A DNA stretch of 64,000 nt from Octopus bimaculoides (lineage: Eukaryota). The DNA is taken from assembly GCF_001194135.2 (NCBI RefSeq), contig NC_068983.1:99445535-99509534 (forward strand), read 5' to 3'. The translations under genes and the position numbers were made by a program. A model generated the notes under the pieces. That model was not told the origin of the DNA, did no database searches, and saw only the letters and a program-made list of their open reading frames with translations. Every line of letters begins with the position of its first letter. Position 1 is the first letter of the stretch. Shown piece after piece: positions 48,365 through 60,997 of the stretch.

Positions 48365-49522
48365 CATATATTAATTATTTTTCTGGACACAGACTTGTGA
48401 TTCTGGTACAAACACAGTATAAACTCACAGGTGTTTTGTTGTCGATAGTGGAAATAAAAATGTTTTTGATCTTGTCTGAATTCGAAATAATAGCATATGT
48501 TTCTTTGCTTGTCCTTGATAGAGCAGCATATAATTATTCATGAGTGAATATTTTGTACCTGAGATATAATGTAAGATTTTGTATAGTCTGCTCCTGTGAC
48601 TTGTTTATCTTCTATCTTTTATGTGGCAGTACATTGAAGGGTTTAGTCAAAGAAATTAACTCCAGTACTTATTTTTTGATTTTGGTACTTAATGTATCAG
48701 TCTCTTATATCAAATTGCTAAATTACAGGTGTATAAACAAACCAACACTTTTTGTCAAGTGGTGATGGGACAAATACAAAGACACACGCACATGCACACA
48801 TGTGCCTCCCCATCACATATATATATATGATGGGCTACCGCATAATTTCCATATACCAAATTCACTCACAAAGCATTGTTGGCCATGGGGTTACAGTGGG
48901 AGAAACTTGTTCAAGGTTCCACACAGTGGGACTGAATCTAAAATTATGTGGTTACAAAGCCACATCTTTATCTATAAAATTGATTTATGTGATAATTATA
49001 CTGTCCATTGTTGACCAATGAATTTTATGCATTTATGTCTAGGCATTGATAAAAAAAAATGGATAAAGTGACACTATTAAAGCTCAAACACCAAAAGAAT
49101 ACAGGGTATTGTTTAAAAGGAAAAAAAAAACAATCATTAAAAAAGAGTAAAAACAATTGAGCAAAATTATTAACTTGCAAATGATAAAATAAATGGGAAA
49201 ATTGAAGCTGTTAAAGTACAAATGTCCAAAGCATATAATAAAAAACAGGAAAAGTGATATATTAGGCAACATATCATATTCCCTTTATGCTAAAAGGTTC
49301 CCTGAAAAATTGTCCAATGACAATTAAATTAACTGTAGATCTATAAACCTTTTGTTGTGATGTTTTTAGAATAGCACATCTATTTTGAGATGTAGCTTGT
49401 AATAAATCAGCATGACTGCACTGCATTGATGTTGTAATTGCAACTAAACTAAACTGATTGCTTTTTTGTCTGATCATTTAAGTAGAATTTTGTCCATTAG
49501 TTTTCATTGTAAAATATTGCAG

Positions 49523-49753
49523 TCATTGCAAGTACTAAAGAACTGGGAAACAATCACACAATTGCTGTTACATAAAAATGAAAAGGAAGATGGAAAGAAA
49601 ATCAAAACAAAGCAACTTGAACATTTGCAACAGAGATATGACTTCTTTCAGAACACAATGTTGGATCATCAGCAGCTAATAAGGCAATTTGGCTGTTGTA
49701 AACCTTTGAAATCAGTATCAAGGAAAAGTTCTTGTAATCAACAACAATCCAAG
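49523..49753 (+). CDS. Uncharacterised gene, coding exon 4 (GC donor)
   Basis: ttgcag|SLQVLKNWETITQLLLHKNEKE...NQQQSK|gcaagt; 231 nt, phase 0 to 0. Confidence 0.7.
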
Positions 49754-51112
49754 GCAAGTGATTCATTTTACTAATCATTGTTAGCTTCAATATTTTAAGT
49801 ACTGTCAACTAGCAGCACTATTATTTTTCTTATAGTTCCTATATGAACAATAATCATTGTAGAAAATGAAAATGTTAATTTTGTAGTAGATAGTTTTGCA
49901 TGATGAGTTTAACATTGGATAAGATGATGCACACTATTTATCATACACTGACTGTAACCAATACCAGGGTTCTACTCCAGTGACTACATAGAACAAGATA
50001 ACTAACTATTTGACTCTGATCCAGTCTTACACATTGTCTGAGTTAGGTGATTTGAAATGTCTACATACTAACAGGACTATCCATGCTATTGTTTACTTAC
50101 AAAAATGTCACTATTATCTTCAGTGTAGTAAATTGTATTAATAGTATAACAATATTGTGGTGATTGATACTACTCATCCTACAGGTTTGTATCTATTAAA
50201 TATTTATTTGTTCTTATACTTGTCTTTGAGTTCCTTATTCTAAGTGTGGTTGGACTTGGCTTCTTTTAATTTGCCATCCTCTGTGTGTGTGAGACTTTCT
50301 TGTATGTGCACACATGACTACATGCACCTACTTTTAAAACAAAGTGTAAGTTTTGGAACAATCAACCTATCCATTTACATATGTTCTTTCTTTTTCTGCT
50401 CACCAGTACCTATATGGACAACCTGTAGTCTATGGGACTTTCTAAACGGCACACCCAGCCAAGAATGACCTTGAATTGCTTTAGTAGTATGGCTTACCTA
50501 ATGATGAGCCATGTCTCATTTAACCCACCTCTCTAAAAAAATTGCCTATGTCTGACTTATACTCTATTTTATCTTTAAAATCCACATCAAAATCATATGC
50601 AATCCTTCTTTATGGAGACAACCTGACTATAGAAGTCTCCCTTTACTTACTTTTCATTGTTTCTACCACTGTCCAAATTCCTCTGTATACCAAGAACTAT
50701 TCAAATTTCTTTCATCCATCACTCCTCTCTGAAGTTCTCAGTCACTTCAATTTTCACAGCTCCTATTGGCTCTGACAAAAACTCCCACACCAGCAGTGGA
50801 GCATGAGCAGAATCTTCTACCATTCTCAACTTTCTATTATATTTTGTATCATGTCTGTGTGTGTGTCTTTTTGTGTCTGTTTGTCCCCCATCACTGCTTG
50901 ACAGCTGGCGTTGGTGTGTTTACATCCCTGTGACTTAGTGGTTCAGTAAAAAAAGACTGATAGAATAAGTACTAGGCTTAAAATAAAAATAGGGACTGGG
51001 GTCGATTCCTTTGACTAAAATTCTTCAAGACACTTCCCCTGCATGGCTACAGTCTGATGATTGAAACAAGTAAATGATAAAAGATATCATATCTTTTCTA
51101 TTTTACTTTCAG

Positions 51113-51241
51113 GATTTGAAACAAAACAGAATGAATGAAGTAGATTCAAAACCATTAACTACAGACATTAACAATCTAGTTTTGGAAAATCTCTCAATAC
51201 AGCCTGCACCTTCCATTAAAGAAGTACCTGTTACCAACTGT
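51113..51241 (+). CDS. Uncharacterised gene, coding exon 5
   Basis: ttttactttcag|DLKQNRMNEVDSKP...VPVTNC|gtaagt; only the phase-0 frame is open; 129 nt. Confidence 0.7.
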
Positions 51242-51394
51242 GTAAGTTGAATTATACTGACTATATGATACAAAAAGCAGTTGACATCATTTGAGATCAT
51301 TTAGAAATTTGGTTGCAATCATTTAAAATGCAGACAACATTCATTTCATCAGTTTCATTAAATGTAAAACAGCACAATATTAATATTCTTTTCT

Positions 51395-51580
51395 ACTCTA
51401 GGCACAAGGCCTGAAATTTTGGGGGAGGGGGCCAGTACATAACTGGTACTTAATTTATCGACCCCAAAAGGATAAAAGGCAAAGTCAACCTTGGCGGAAT
51501 TTGAACTCAGAATGTAAAGACAGACGAAATACCGCTAAGCATTTTGCCTGGTATGCTAACATTTCTGCCAGCTCACCGCC
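51395..51580 (-). mobile_element. SINE (third family)
   Basis: ggcggaatttgaactcagaa...gacagacgaaataccgc; related copies near 37900, 38095, 45525 and 59245. Confidence 0.8.
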
Positions 51581-52967
51581 TTAGCACAATACTAATATTA
51601 TTAGACTGATCCATAGACAAGTTTCTATAAAATATTCAGCTAATGTGTATGTGTATATGTATATACACATATATATGTGTGTGTATGTATGTATCTGTAT
51701 TCTTCGTATCTATACTGTGTATGTGAGCATATGTATGCAATGCTACTTTGTAAGTCACAAATGTGACTGTGTAGTTAAGATGCTTGTTTTCCAGTCATGT
51801 AGTCTTGGGTTCAGTTCCACTGTGCAACACCTTGGGCAAGTATATTCTACTATAGTCCTGGGCCAACCTAAACCTTCTGAGTGGATTTGGTAGATGAAAA
51901 CTGAAAAAAAGGACCCTATGTATGTATGTATATGTGTGTGTGTATGTTCCTGTGTACCCTGGTCTAGACAGCAATCGTGTTGTAAATGAGTGTCGTTGTC
52001 ATATGAGTGACGATGTTCATTTCCATTCTTCCATGAGAGACATATTTGACTATGGGAAAATGTCTACTTTGCTTGGAAACTGGTCAAGATTGGTGATGGG
52101 AAGGGTATCTAGCTGTAGAAAATCTGGCTCAACATATTTTCTCTGACTTATACAGGTATGGAAAAGTGGATGATAAATGAACTTGATGATGTGTGTGTCT
52201 TTGTGTGTAGGTATGTGTGATATTGTGTGTGTGTAGGTATGTGTGATAGTGTGTGTGTGTGTGTGTGTTTGTATTGCTTCTCATTGGTGTGTTGCAGTGA
52301 AGACATTTCTGAATATTTTACAAATTCTGACCATAATGCTGATTAAATGAATCAGTTGGATGTGAGCCAGCCATTTTGTTATTTGTATACAAGAACCCAA
52401 CCTTTTTGGACCATTTCCTTTCATTTCCCTGTCAGATGTCTGGGTCAATGTTTATCATTGATTGTTATGTTCATATTTTACATTCTACCATTTTCTGTTT
52501 AAAGAGAATAAAGTATTTTGAAAGAGTCAATTTTCAAGTTCTTGATAGAACCCAATAATTGTAGTTTCATCATCATCATCATAATTTAACACCCACTTTT
52601 CCATACTTGTATGGGCCAGTTGGAATTTGTTGAGACAGATTTCCTATGGCCTGATGCCATGCCTGTCACCAACCCTCACCTGTTTTCAAGCGAGGTAATA
52701 ATCCCTATTGCTAGTCATGTTTTCCTCAGATGACTGGAAATGAACAAAGTCATTAATATGGCAGTGATGGTCTTTTATTGCTATCATGTGATGTCAAGAC
52801 AAGGGTATATTCACACACACACACACACGAATGCACACACACGCACACGAATGCACACACACACACATGCAACATGACACACAAACACACACACATACAT
52901 ACATACAGGTTAAAGATCCAATAGAGGTAGAATCAACGAAAAAAGTACTCCATCCAGTGAGAGATAA

Positions 52968-53162
52968 ATATCAATTTAAATACACAACTGAAAGAGCTGT
53001 TAGTAGTTTCATGCTTTTATGATACTTGAACAGCCATATTTATAAAATACGCCTGAAAGATTGCTTTAAGATACATGGTGTATTTTATACATATGGCTGT
53101 TCAAGTATCATAAAAGTATGAAATTACTAGTAGTTCTTTCAGTTGTGTATTTAAATTGATAT
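52968..53162. repeat. Inverted repeat (52968-53050 / 53080-53162)
   Basis: atatcaatttaaatacacaactgaaag...ctttcagttgtgtatttaaattgatat. Confidence 0.85.
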
Positions 53163-53172
53163 ATATATATAT

Positions 53173-53489
53173 ATATAATTGCCAACCAAGTGTGGTGTCC
53201 TATAAAGGACAGTGCTACTGATGTTTATAGCCCCGGGAAGACATCTCTTCCAACTGGCTAACGACACACATTCTGGTGATTAACACACACTGAGGGCAGA
53301 TAACCACCCAGAAACTTGAGTCTGTGTGTATCAAATAATGCTAGAGATGGGAGCGGTGACCTCCCTTCACAAATGCTAATCAGACACAGAATGTATGTCA
53401 TTAGCCAGCTGGAAGAGATGTCTTCCTGGGCCTATAAACGTCAGCAGCACTGTCCTTTATAGGACGCCACACTTGGTTGGCAATTATAT
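53173..53489 (+). repeat. Fold-back element (arms about 53173-53282 / 53377-53489) with HHR relic in spacer
   Basis: taattgccaaccaagtgtgg...ccacacttggttggcaatta. Confidence 0.85.
53283..53329 (+). ncRNA. Degenerate hammerhead motif (core deletion)
   Basis: stem I acacaca/ugugugu (7 bp), GAAAC uuga GUC intact, but 5' core reads cuga-gggc instead of CUGAUGA-uggg. Confidence 0.45.
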
Positions 53490-53540
53490 GTTACGGTTTC
53501 GTATTGCTGCTGTTTATATCTCACTAGAGATTTAATATAG

Positions 53541-53593
<53 letters not shown>

Positions 53594-54094
53594 TTTCCCC
53601 TCCTCCACCACCCCACCCTATATAAACTAGCTCACTCGGATTCTGCTACTTCATTTTAATAACTCCGCCAAAAGAATACAAATCCAGAAGATGTTCAGTT
53701 AAGAAATCTTGTTTTTTTTTCAACTTCGTACATCTAACACCTCTCTTTCTGTGCAGATCATAATCCCTTTATTAGTTCTTTTCATTATTCTATCTATTTC
53801 ATTACCTATGTAAACCTAGTTTAAACATAGTTTCTTCTTCCATTCTGTTGTGTTTTAAAAACAAACTTAGGTTCCTTTCATTTACTGTCGTCACTTATTC
53901 ATTTAATCAATTTTGTCACATCGTCACTTATTTCTCTAATTTTGTCACAGATTGGCTGACTGAAAATTCTAAGATTTTTCAATTCCATTTCATTGTTATC
54001 AGCATTTGCTGTTTCATTAAATTATGTTACTCAAAATCCCAAAAGAATATTTTTCTCCCTCGTGTTCTATCCTTGACCAGCCTAACTCTGGTCC

Positions 54095-54125
<31 letters not shown>

Positions 54126-54429
54126 GATAACCACTTGCTTCCCCAACACTTCCCCCTCCTCCACCACCCCACCCTATATAAACTAACTCACTCGGATTCC
54201 ACTACTTCATTTTAATAACTTTGCCAAAAGATACAAATCCAGAAAACGTTCTCTAATTTCGCAGTACGCCCACCCTCTCACNNNNNNNNNNNNNNNNNNN
54301 NNNNNNNNNNNNNNNNNNNNNNNNNNNNNNNNNNNNNNNNNNNNNNNNNNNNNNNNNNNNNNNNNNNNNNNNNNNNNNNNNNNNNNNNNNNNNNNNNNNN
54401 NNNNNNNNNNNNNNNNNNNNNNNNNNGTC

Positions 54430-57400
54430 ACCCATGAACACTTCTTAAGGCTTAACGCCATCCCCACTCCTACTTAGGGTTTATCTCCTATGTAAGGTAG
54501 TGATCATGTAGTGCATAAAAATGATGGTGTCGTGTATGCAGGTTGAAGGCTATTGTTTCTGAATTCTGCCAAATGCAAGCTTTCTTTTCAGCTACATGAC
54601 GCTGCTGTCTCTCATCCCAAGGTTTCACAGGCCCACACCTCCCATACCCTCAGGGTTGGCACACTCAACGTGGGCACACTGAAAGGTAGGTCTGGTGAGA
54701 TTGTTGAGATGCTTGAATGGAGACGTGTAGATTTGTGCAGCATCCAAGAAGTAAGGTGGAGAGGAGGTTCCACTAGGTTGCTCACAGGCAAAGAACATAG
54801 GTACAAGATTTTCTGGGCAGGGAACACTGATGGGGTCGGGGCCATGGGTATACTTCTTGTGGAGAAATGGGTTGATAAGGTAACCGAGGTAGTCAGAGTC
54901 TGCAATAGAATACTTGAGATTAGATTAGTGCTACATCATGGGTTAGTAACCATTATCTCGGCCTAGGCCCCTCAGCTGGGGCTACCTGATGAACAGAAAG
55001 ACCGATTTTATGACACCCTCTTGCTGACTACCTCGTTAACGAATGACAGGGACCTTCCCTTTGTGGCTGGTATCTTCAATGGACATATTGGACAACATAC
55101 AGGGGGCTTCCATGGCATACATGGAGGCTATGGTTTTGGTTCCCGCAATGAGGAAGGAACCAGGCTGCTGGAGATCTGCGCTGCAAATGATCTTATGGTT
55201 TGCAATACTAACTTCAGGAAACCTGCCAGTCACCTAGTCACCTACCGTTCTGGCAGGCACACTAGCCAAATTGACTACATCCTCACCAGAGAAAGGGAAA
55301 GATGGCTGCTTATAATGCCAAAACCTTCCCAGGCGAAGAATGTACCCCACGACATAGACTAGTAGTTAGCGACTTCAGGATTGGGGATAAATGGATGCTC
55401 AGAAGACGACCAGCATGGAGGAGAAGGGTCTGGAAGCTTAAAGATCCTGCAAATAGACAGAGATTTAGAGACGTATTACTCAAAGCCTTTGACGAAATAG
55501 GGGGGGGGGGGGTATAGCATCATATGATGTGGAAGACAACTGGAGGTTTCTACAAGACAACCTGCTGAGGGCCACTGACCAGATCTGTGGCTGGTGCAAA
55601 GTTTCCTCTCGACCCAAGGTAACGTGGTGGTGGAACAATGTTGTTGACAGGGCTATTAGACAAAAGAAACAGGCTTGGAAGGACTGGAAGAACAGTGATA
55701 GCAGGGAATTGTATCAGACTGCCAGAAAGGAAGCTAGGAGATAGGTTTATTTAGCCAGAGGGGAAGCAGATAAGAAAAAATTTGCCAATGTTCCGTGCCG
55801 TGAGGACCAAAGACTTGAGGTATTTTGTGTTGCAAGACATTGTGTGAGAGAGAATTATGATGTCGTAGGAGAGAGATGGTTCACTTGCAAAGAGAGAGAT
55901 TTGGAGACGCCACTCTGAAAGGTTGCTAAATAAAGAGAATGAATGGGAGAAAGAGAGTCTGCCGAATGTCGACCCAACAGTGGGACCAGCTATCTGAATT
56001 GACAGTACCTTGGTAGATAAAGGAATCGAGGGTAAGAAGACATGGAAAGCCCCCGGCTCATCAGGAATCACTGCAGAGATGTTCAAAATATCTGGCAGTG
56101 TCGGCTATAGCTTATTCACCCGTATAGTCAACCAGGTGATACATGAAGGAGTCATACCCAATGACTGGTGTAGCAGCACCATAGTCAACTGCTACAAAGG
56201 TAAAGGTGATGCTTTAAATACAAATAATTACAGAGGTATCAAGCTGTTGGATCAGATAATGAAGGTCACAGAGAGGGTCATAGCCCAACTAATTAAGGAG
56301 AGAGTCAGTCTAGATGAGATTCAGTTTGGGTTCATGCCAGGGAAAAGCACCACTGATGCTATATTTCTGGTAAGACAGCTGCAGGAGAAATACCTAGCCA
56401 AAGATAAACCTCTGTACCTGGCTTTCATTGACATGGAGAAAGCCTTCGATAGGGTCTCCCATTCCCTTATCTGGTGGTCAATGAGGAAACTAGGGATAAA
56501 TGAATGGTTAGTGAGAGCTGTGCAAGCCATGTACAGCGATGCTGTCAGTAAAGTGAGTGTTGGCAACAAGTACAGTGAAGAATTCCGAGTAGGGGTCCAC
56601 CAAGGACCAGTCCTCAACTCCCTCTTATTCATCATAGTCCTCCAGGCTATAACAGAGGAATTCAAGATAGGATGCTTCTGGGAGCTCCTCTATGCTGATG
56701 ACCTTTCCCTAATTGCTGAGTCACTATCAGAGCTAGAGGAAAAGTTTCAGGTGTGGAAGCAAGGATTAGAGTCAACCTAGCTAAAACCAAAGTCTTAATA
56801 AGTAGGAAGGCAGACAAACCACAAATCCCTTCAGGTAGATGGCCTTGCTTGATCCGTAGAAAAGGCGTAGGTAGAAACTACATAAGATATACCCAGTGTA
56901 AGCTATGGACACATAAGAGGTGCAGCAATATCAAAGGAAGGCTAACTGGGAAGATAGTTTTGTATGTGGCAGATGCTCAGGACCAATAAAAACTGAAAAT
57001 GTGCAGAGAACAGCTTCTGTCACATTCTAGGGAGAAAAACTGCAAGTAGTTGATAGCTTCCCTTACCTAGGTGACCAAGTCAGTAGCAGGGTGGATGCTC
57101 TGAAAGTGTAGCTGCTAGAATAAGAATAGCCTGGGCAAAGTTTAGAGAGCTCCTACTTCTGCTGGTGACAAAGGGTCTCTCGCTCAAAGTAAAAGGTAGA
57201 CTGTATGATGCATGTGTATGAACAGCCATGCTACATGGCAGTGAAACATGGGCCATGTGTAAGCTTGCAAGGAATGAAGCCAGTATGCTCTGCTGGATGT
57301 GTAATGTCAGTGTGCATACACAACAGAGTGTAAGTGTCCTGAGAGAAAAGTAGGACTTAAGAAGCATCAGATGTGGTGTGCAAGACAAACAACTGTGCTG

Positions 57401-58225
57401 GTATGGTCATGTGATGCATATGGATGAGGTCAGCTGTGTGAAAAAGTGTCACACTCTAGCAGTTTAGGGAACCTGTGGAAGAGGTAGACCCAGGAAGACC
57501 TGGGATAAGGTGGTGAAGCATGACCTTTGAACATTGGGCTTCACTGAGGCAATGACTAGTGACCGAGACCTTTGGAGATATACTGTGCTGGAGAAGATCC
57601 GATAAGCCAAGTGAGACCATAACCTATGGCCTATGCCAGTGGTGTAAAACCAGCCCATTTATGAGTACCCTTCATTCATTGGACAATCAACTTCGCTTGC
57701 GAAGACCTGTTGGGGCAAGTGAAATCAAAATCGCTGATGTGGCTGATGACAGTACCGCCTGATTAGCACTCGTGCCAGTGGAACATTGAAAGCATCATCT
57801 GAGCGTGATAGTTGCCAAGTCCGCTGATTAGCTTCTGTGCTGGTGGCATGTAAAAAGCACCATTCAAGTGTGATAATTGCCAGTGTCGCCTTACTGGCAC
57901 ATGTGCCGATGGCACGTTAAAAATATTTGAGCATAGTCATTGCCAGTGCTGCAGGACTGGCTCATGTGCAGGTGACACGTAAAAAACACTTTTTGAGCAT
58001 GGTTGTTGCTAGTATCGCCTGACTGGCCCTCGTGCTGGTGGCACATAAAAGCACCCACTACACGCTCGGAGTGGTTGGTGTTAGGAAGGGCATCCAGCTG
58101 TAGAAACTCTGCCAGATCAGATTGGAGCCTGGTGCAGCCTTCTAGCTTGCCAGTCCTCAATCAAACCGTCCAACCCATGCCAGCATGGAAAGTGGACGTT
58201 AAAGGACGACGACGACGACGATGAT
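54430..58225 (+). mobile_element. Near full-length RTE LINE with repeat-containing 3' UTR and (GAC/GAT)n tail
   Basis: APE (GTLNVGTL, IQEVRW, QIDYIL), RT (KAPGSSGI, FIDMEKAFDRV, LLYADDL), C-terminal region, broken by stops and frameshifts. Confidence 0.94.
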
Positions 58226-58367
58226 GATATATATAAAGTGTTATAATAGAAACGACAATTCTTGTTAAATATTATCATAACATCATCTTTACTCTCTTAG
58301 CTGACTGAATGCGATTTTGCTTGTTGAAACCTTACCACACAATATATATGTATGTATATCATCATCA

Positions 58368-58945
58368 TTATCATCATCGTTTAACGTCCGCTTTCCATGC
58401 TAACATGGGTTGGACAATTTGACTGAAGACTGGTGAACCAGATGGCTACACCACGCTCCAATCTGATTTAGCAGAGTTTCTACAGCTGGATGCCCTCCCT
58501 AACGCCCACCACTCCAAGATGTAGTGGGTGCTTTTACGTGCCACCGGCACGAAGGCCAGTCAGGCGGTACTGGCAACGGCCACACTCAAAATGGTGTATT
58601 TTACGTGCCACCTGCACAGGAGCCAGTCCAGCGGCACTGGCAACGATCTCGTTCGAATGTCTTTACACGTGCCAGGAAGGCAACGCTGGGCACAGGTGCC
58701 ATCACGATTTCGCTTGCCCCAACAGGTCTTCGCAAGCTGAGTTTCGTGTTCAATGAAGGAGATGACGTTGGCATGGGTGCCAGTCGTCAAATTTAGTTCG
58801 ATTTCGATTTCACTTGCCTCAACAGGTCTTCACGAGCGAAGTTTAGTGTCCAATGAAGGGAAGTACACATAAGTGGGCTGGCTATACTCCTGGCAGAGGC
58901 CTTGGATTTAGGTCTCACTTGGCTTGCTGGGTCTTCTCATGCACA
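58368..58945 (-). mobile_element. 5'-truncated RTE 3' UTR copy, inverted relative to the adjacent LINE
   Basis: reverse complement of about 57540-58225. Confidence 0.87.
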
Positions 58946-60044
58946 AAAGTAATAATTCTATTCCTGTGCTTATGTAGTTTGTAGAAGCATTTTCAATGGC
59001 AAATTTAAAAAGAAGTGCAGTTGAGAAACTTCGAAAGTACAAGGATCTTAAAGTTGACTGGCTGTGGTGAAAAAAATATATAATATTTTGACAGTAAGTC
59101 CTAAGAAAGGATGAGTAAAATTGTGCAAAATAAACTAAGCATAATTCAGAGAACTGTCTATGAGTGTTGCTGGATGAAATAAATAGAGCAAAAGTTGAGT
59201 GCTTCTAGGTAATTGAAATGAAATACAAAAATATAATTATTGGTTTCAAATTTTAGCACAAGGCCAGCAATTTTGGGGGAAGGGGTAAGTCAGTGACATT
59301 GACTGCAGTACTTAACTGGTACCTATTTTATCGACTGCGAAAGGATGAAGGTAAAGTTGACCTTGGCAGAATTTGAACTTGAAATATAAAGAAGGACAAA
59401 ATACCACTCGTCATTTTGCCTGGTGTGCTAACAATTCTGCCAGCTTCTTGCCTTAATATGAAAATATAATTATTAATTACATTTTGATATCTTTTATTTT
59501 TTATTTGTTTCTGTGGCTATGCTGGAGCACTACCTTGAAGGGTTTTGTTGATCAAATCAACCCCAGTGTTTGTTTTTAAGTCAAGTACTTATTTTATCAT
59601 TCCTTTTTTGCTGAACTGCAAAGTTATAGGGATGTAAACAAATCAACACTAGTTGTCAAGCAGTAGGAGAACATACACATGCACACATACACACACGCAT
59701 ATGATGGGATTCCATACAGTTTCTGCCTACCAAAATTCACTTTCAAAGCATTGATCTGTCTGGGGCGATAGTAGAAGACACCTGCCCAAGGTGTTCAGGC
59801 TCACTGAGACTGAACCTGAAACCACATGGTTGCAAATCAAGTTTGTTAACCACACAGCCATGTCTACACCTTTATTGACTTACTGATTTACATTGTTTGT
59901 TGTTTGTTTTTGTTGTTAAACTGAATGGCCTCAATTATCAATCCCAAACATTTTACTACTGTATTTAGACCATTAAAACAGAAGAAAAATATGACTGTGA
60001 TTATTTGTTTTGGTCAATTAAATTACTCAACAAATTAAATTCAG

Positions 60045-60440
60045 ATGCAGGTATGGTTATGTGGTTAAGAAGTTTTGCTTTGCAACCATGTGGTTTCAAG
60101 TTCACTCCCACTTCCTGTCCACTGCATGACACCTTGGGCAAGTTTTTTTCTAATGTGCCTTCAGGCTAAGCCTTGTGAGTGAATTTTGTAAGCAGAAACT
60201 ATAGGAAGCCTATTTTGTGTGTGTGTATATATATATTTGTGTATTTTTGGTTTTGTCTTCTCCCCACCACTTGACAATTGGTGTTGGTTTGTTTATATCC
60301 CTGTAGCTTAGCAGTTCAGCAAAAGAAACCAACATAATAAGTACCAGACTTTAAAAAAAGAAATACTGGGTTTAATTTCTTCAATTAACCCTACAAGGCA
60401 TTGCTCCAGTATGGCCTCAGTTCAGTGACTGAAACAAGTA
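60045..60440 (+). mobile_element. tRNA-headed SINE (major family)
   Basis: family similarity. Confidence 0.8.
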
Positions 60441-60484
60441 AAAAAGTATTCTGTTTTAAGTTGTCTCTGTTGATTAAAACTTAA

Positions 60485-60707
60485 CCCTTTGCCTGTCCTT
60501 GATACACAAGACCTCTTTCTTTGGCATCCATGCATCTTATATGTTACACATTTCCAATTTTTTTTTCAACCACCAGAGTAAATTGTGACTTATGAAAAGA
60601 GAGTTTTATATTACTCAGAATGTATGAAACAAGGGCTAACTAAACGTCTGAAAACAAGCCCAGACATTTACTTCAAACTTATGAAAATGCTTTGAACAGG
60701 CAAAGGG
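60485..60707. mobile_element. piggyBac-like MITE (family A)
   Basis: TTAA|ccctttgcctgt...acaggcaaaggg|TTAA; related copies at 29111-29330 and, split, 10070-10260 plus 13230-13275. Confidence 0.85.
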
Positions 60708-60894
60708 TTAAAACTTCATTGCTATAGCCTCTGAATTGGTGCATTTCACTTTGAATATATTACTTTTTATTTAGCATTTCAAAACAAGAAAAACTTAAGG
60801 ATGATTAAATAGATAACAGTCCCTTAGTTTATTTTACGATTACAGGTTAAAGATAAGGAAATGTTAAAACAATTTTTTTTTCTTAAATTTCCAG

Positions 60895-60997
60895 AAAAAT
60901 TTGACAAATATCTACCGTATAAAGCTGAGACGTCCTGTCAGTGCAGTTGTTCCAAGGAAACAATTTATAAAGAATACCAACAGACCAAAGAGTGCAG
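60895..60997 (+). CDS. Uncharacterised gene, coding exon 6
   Basis: long T tract tttccag|KNLTNIYRIKLRRPVSAVVPRKQFIKNTNRPKSA|gtttag; phase 0 to 1. Confidence 0.65.

Noticed and set aside
57740-58055. CRISPR-like array of partially palindromic repeats
   Set aside because: Units are degenerate, have no unique spacers, lie in a eukaryotic LINE 3' UTR and have no cas genes
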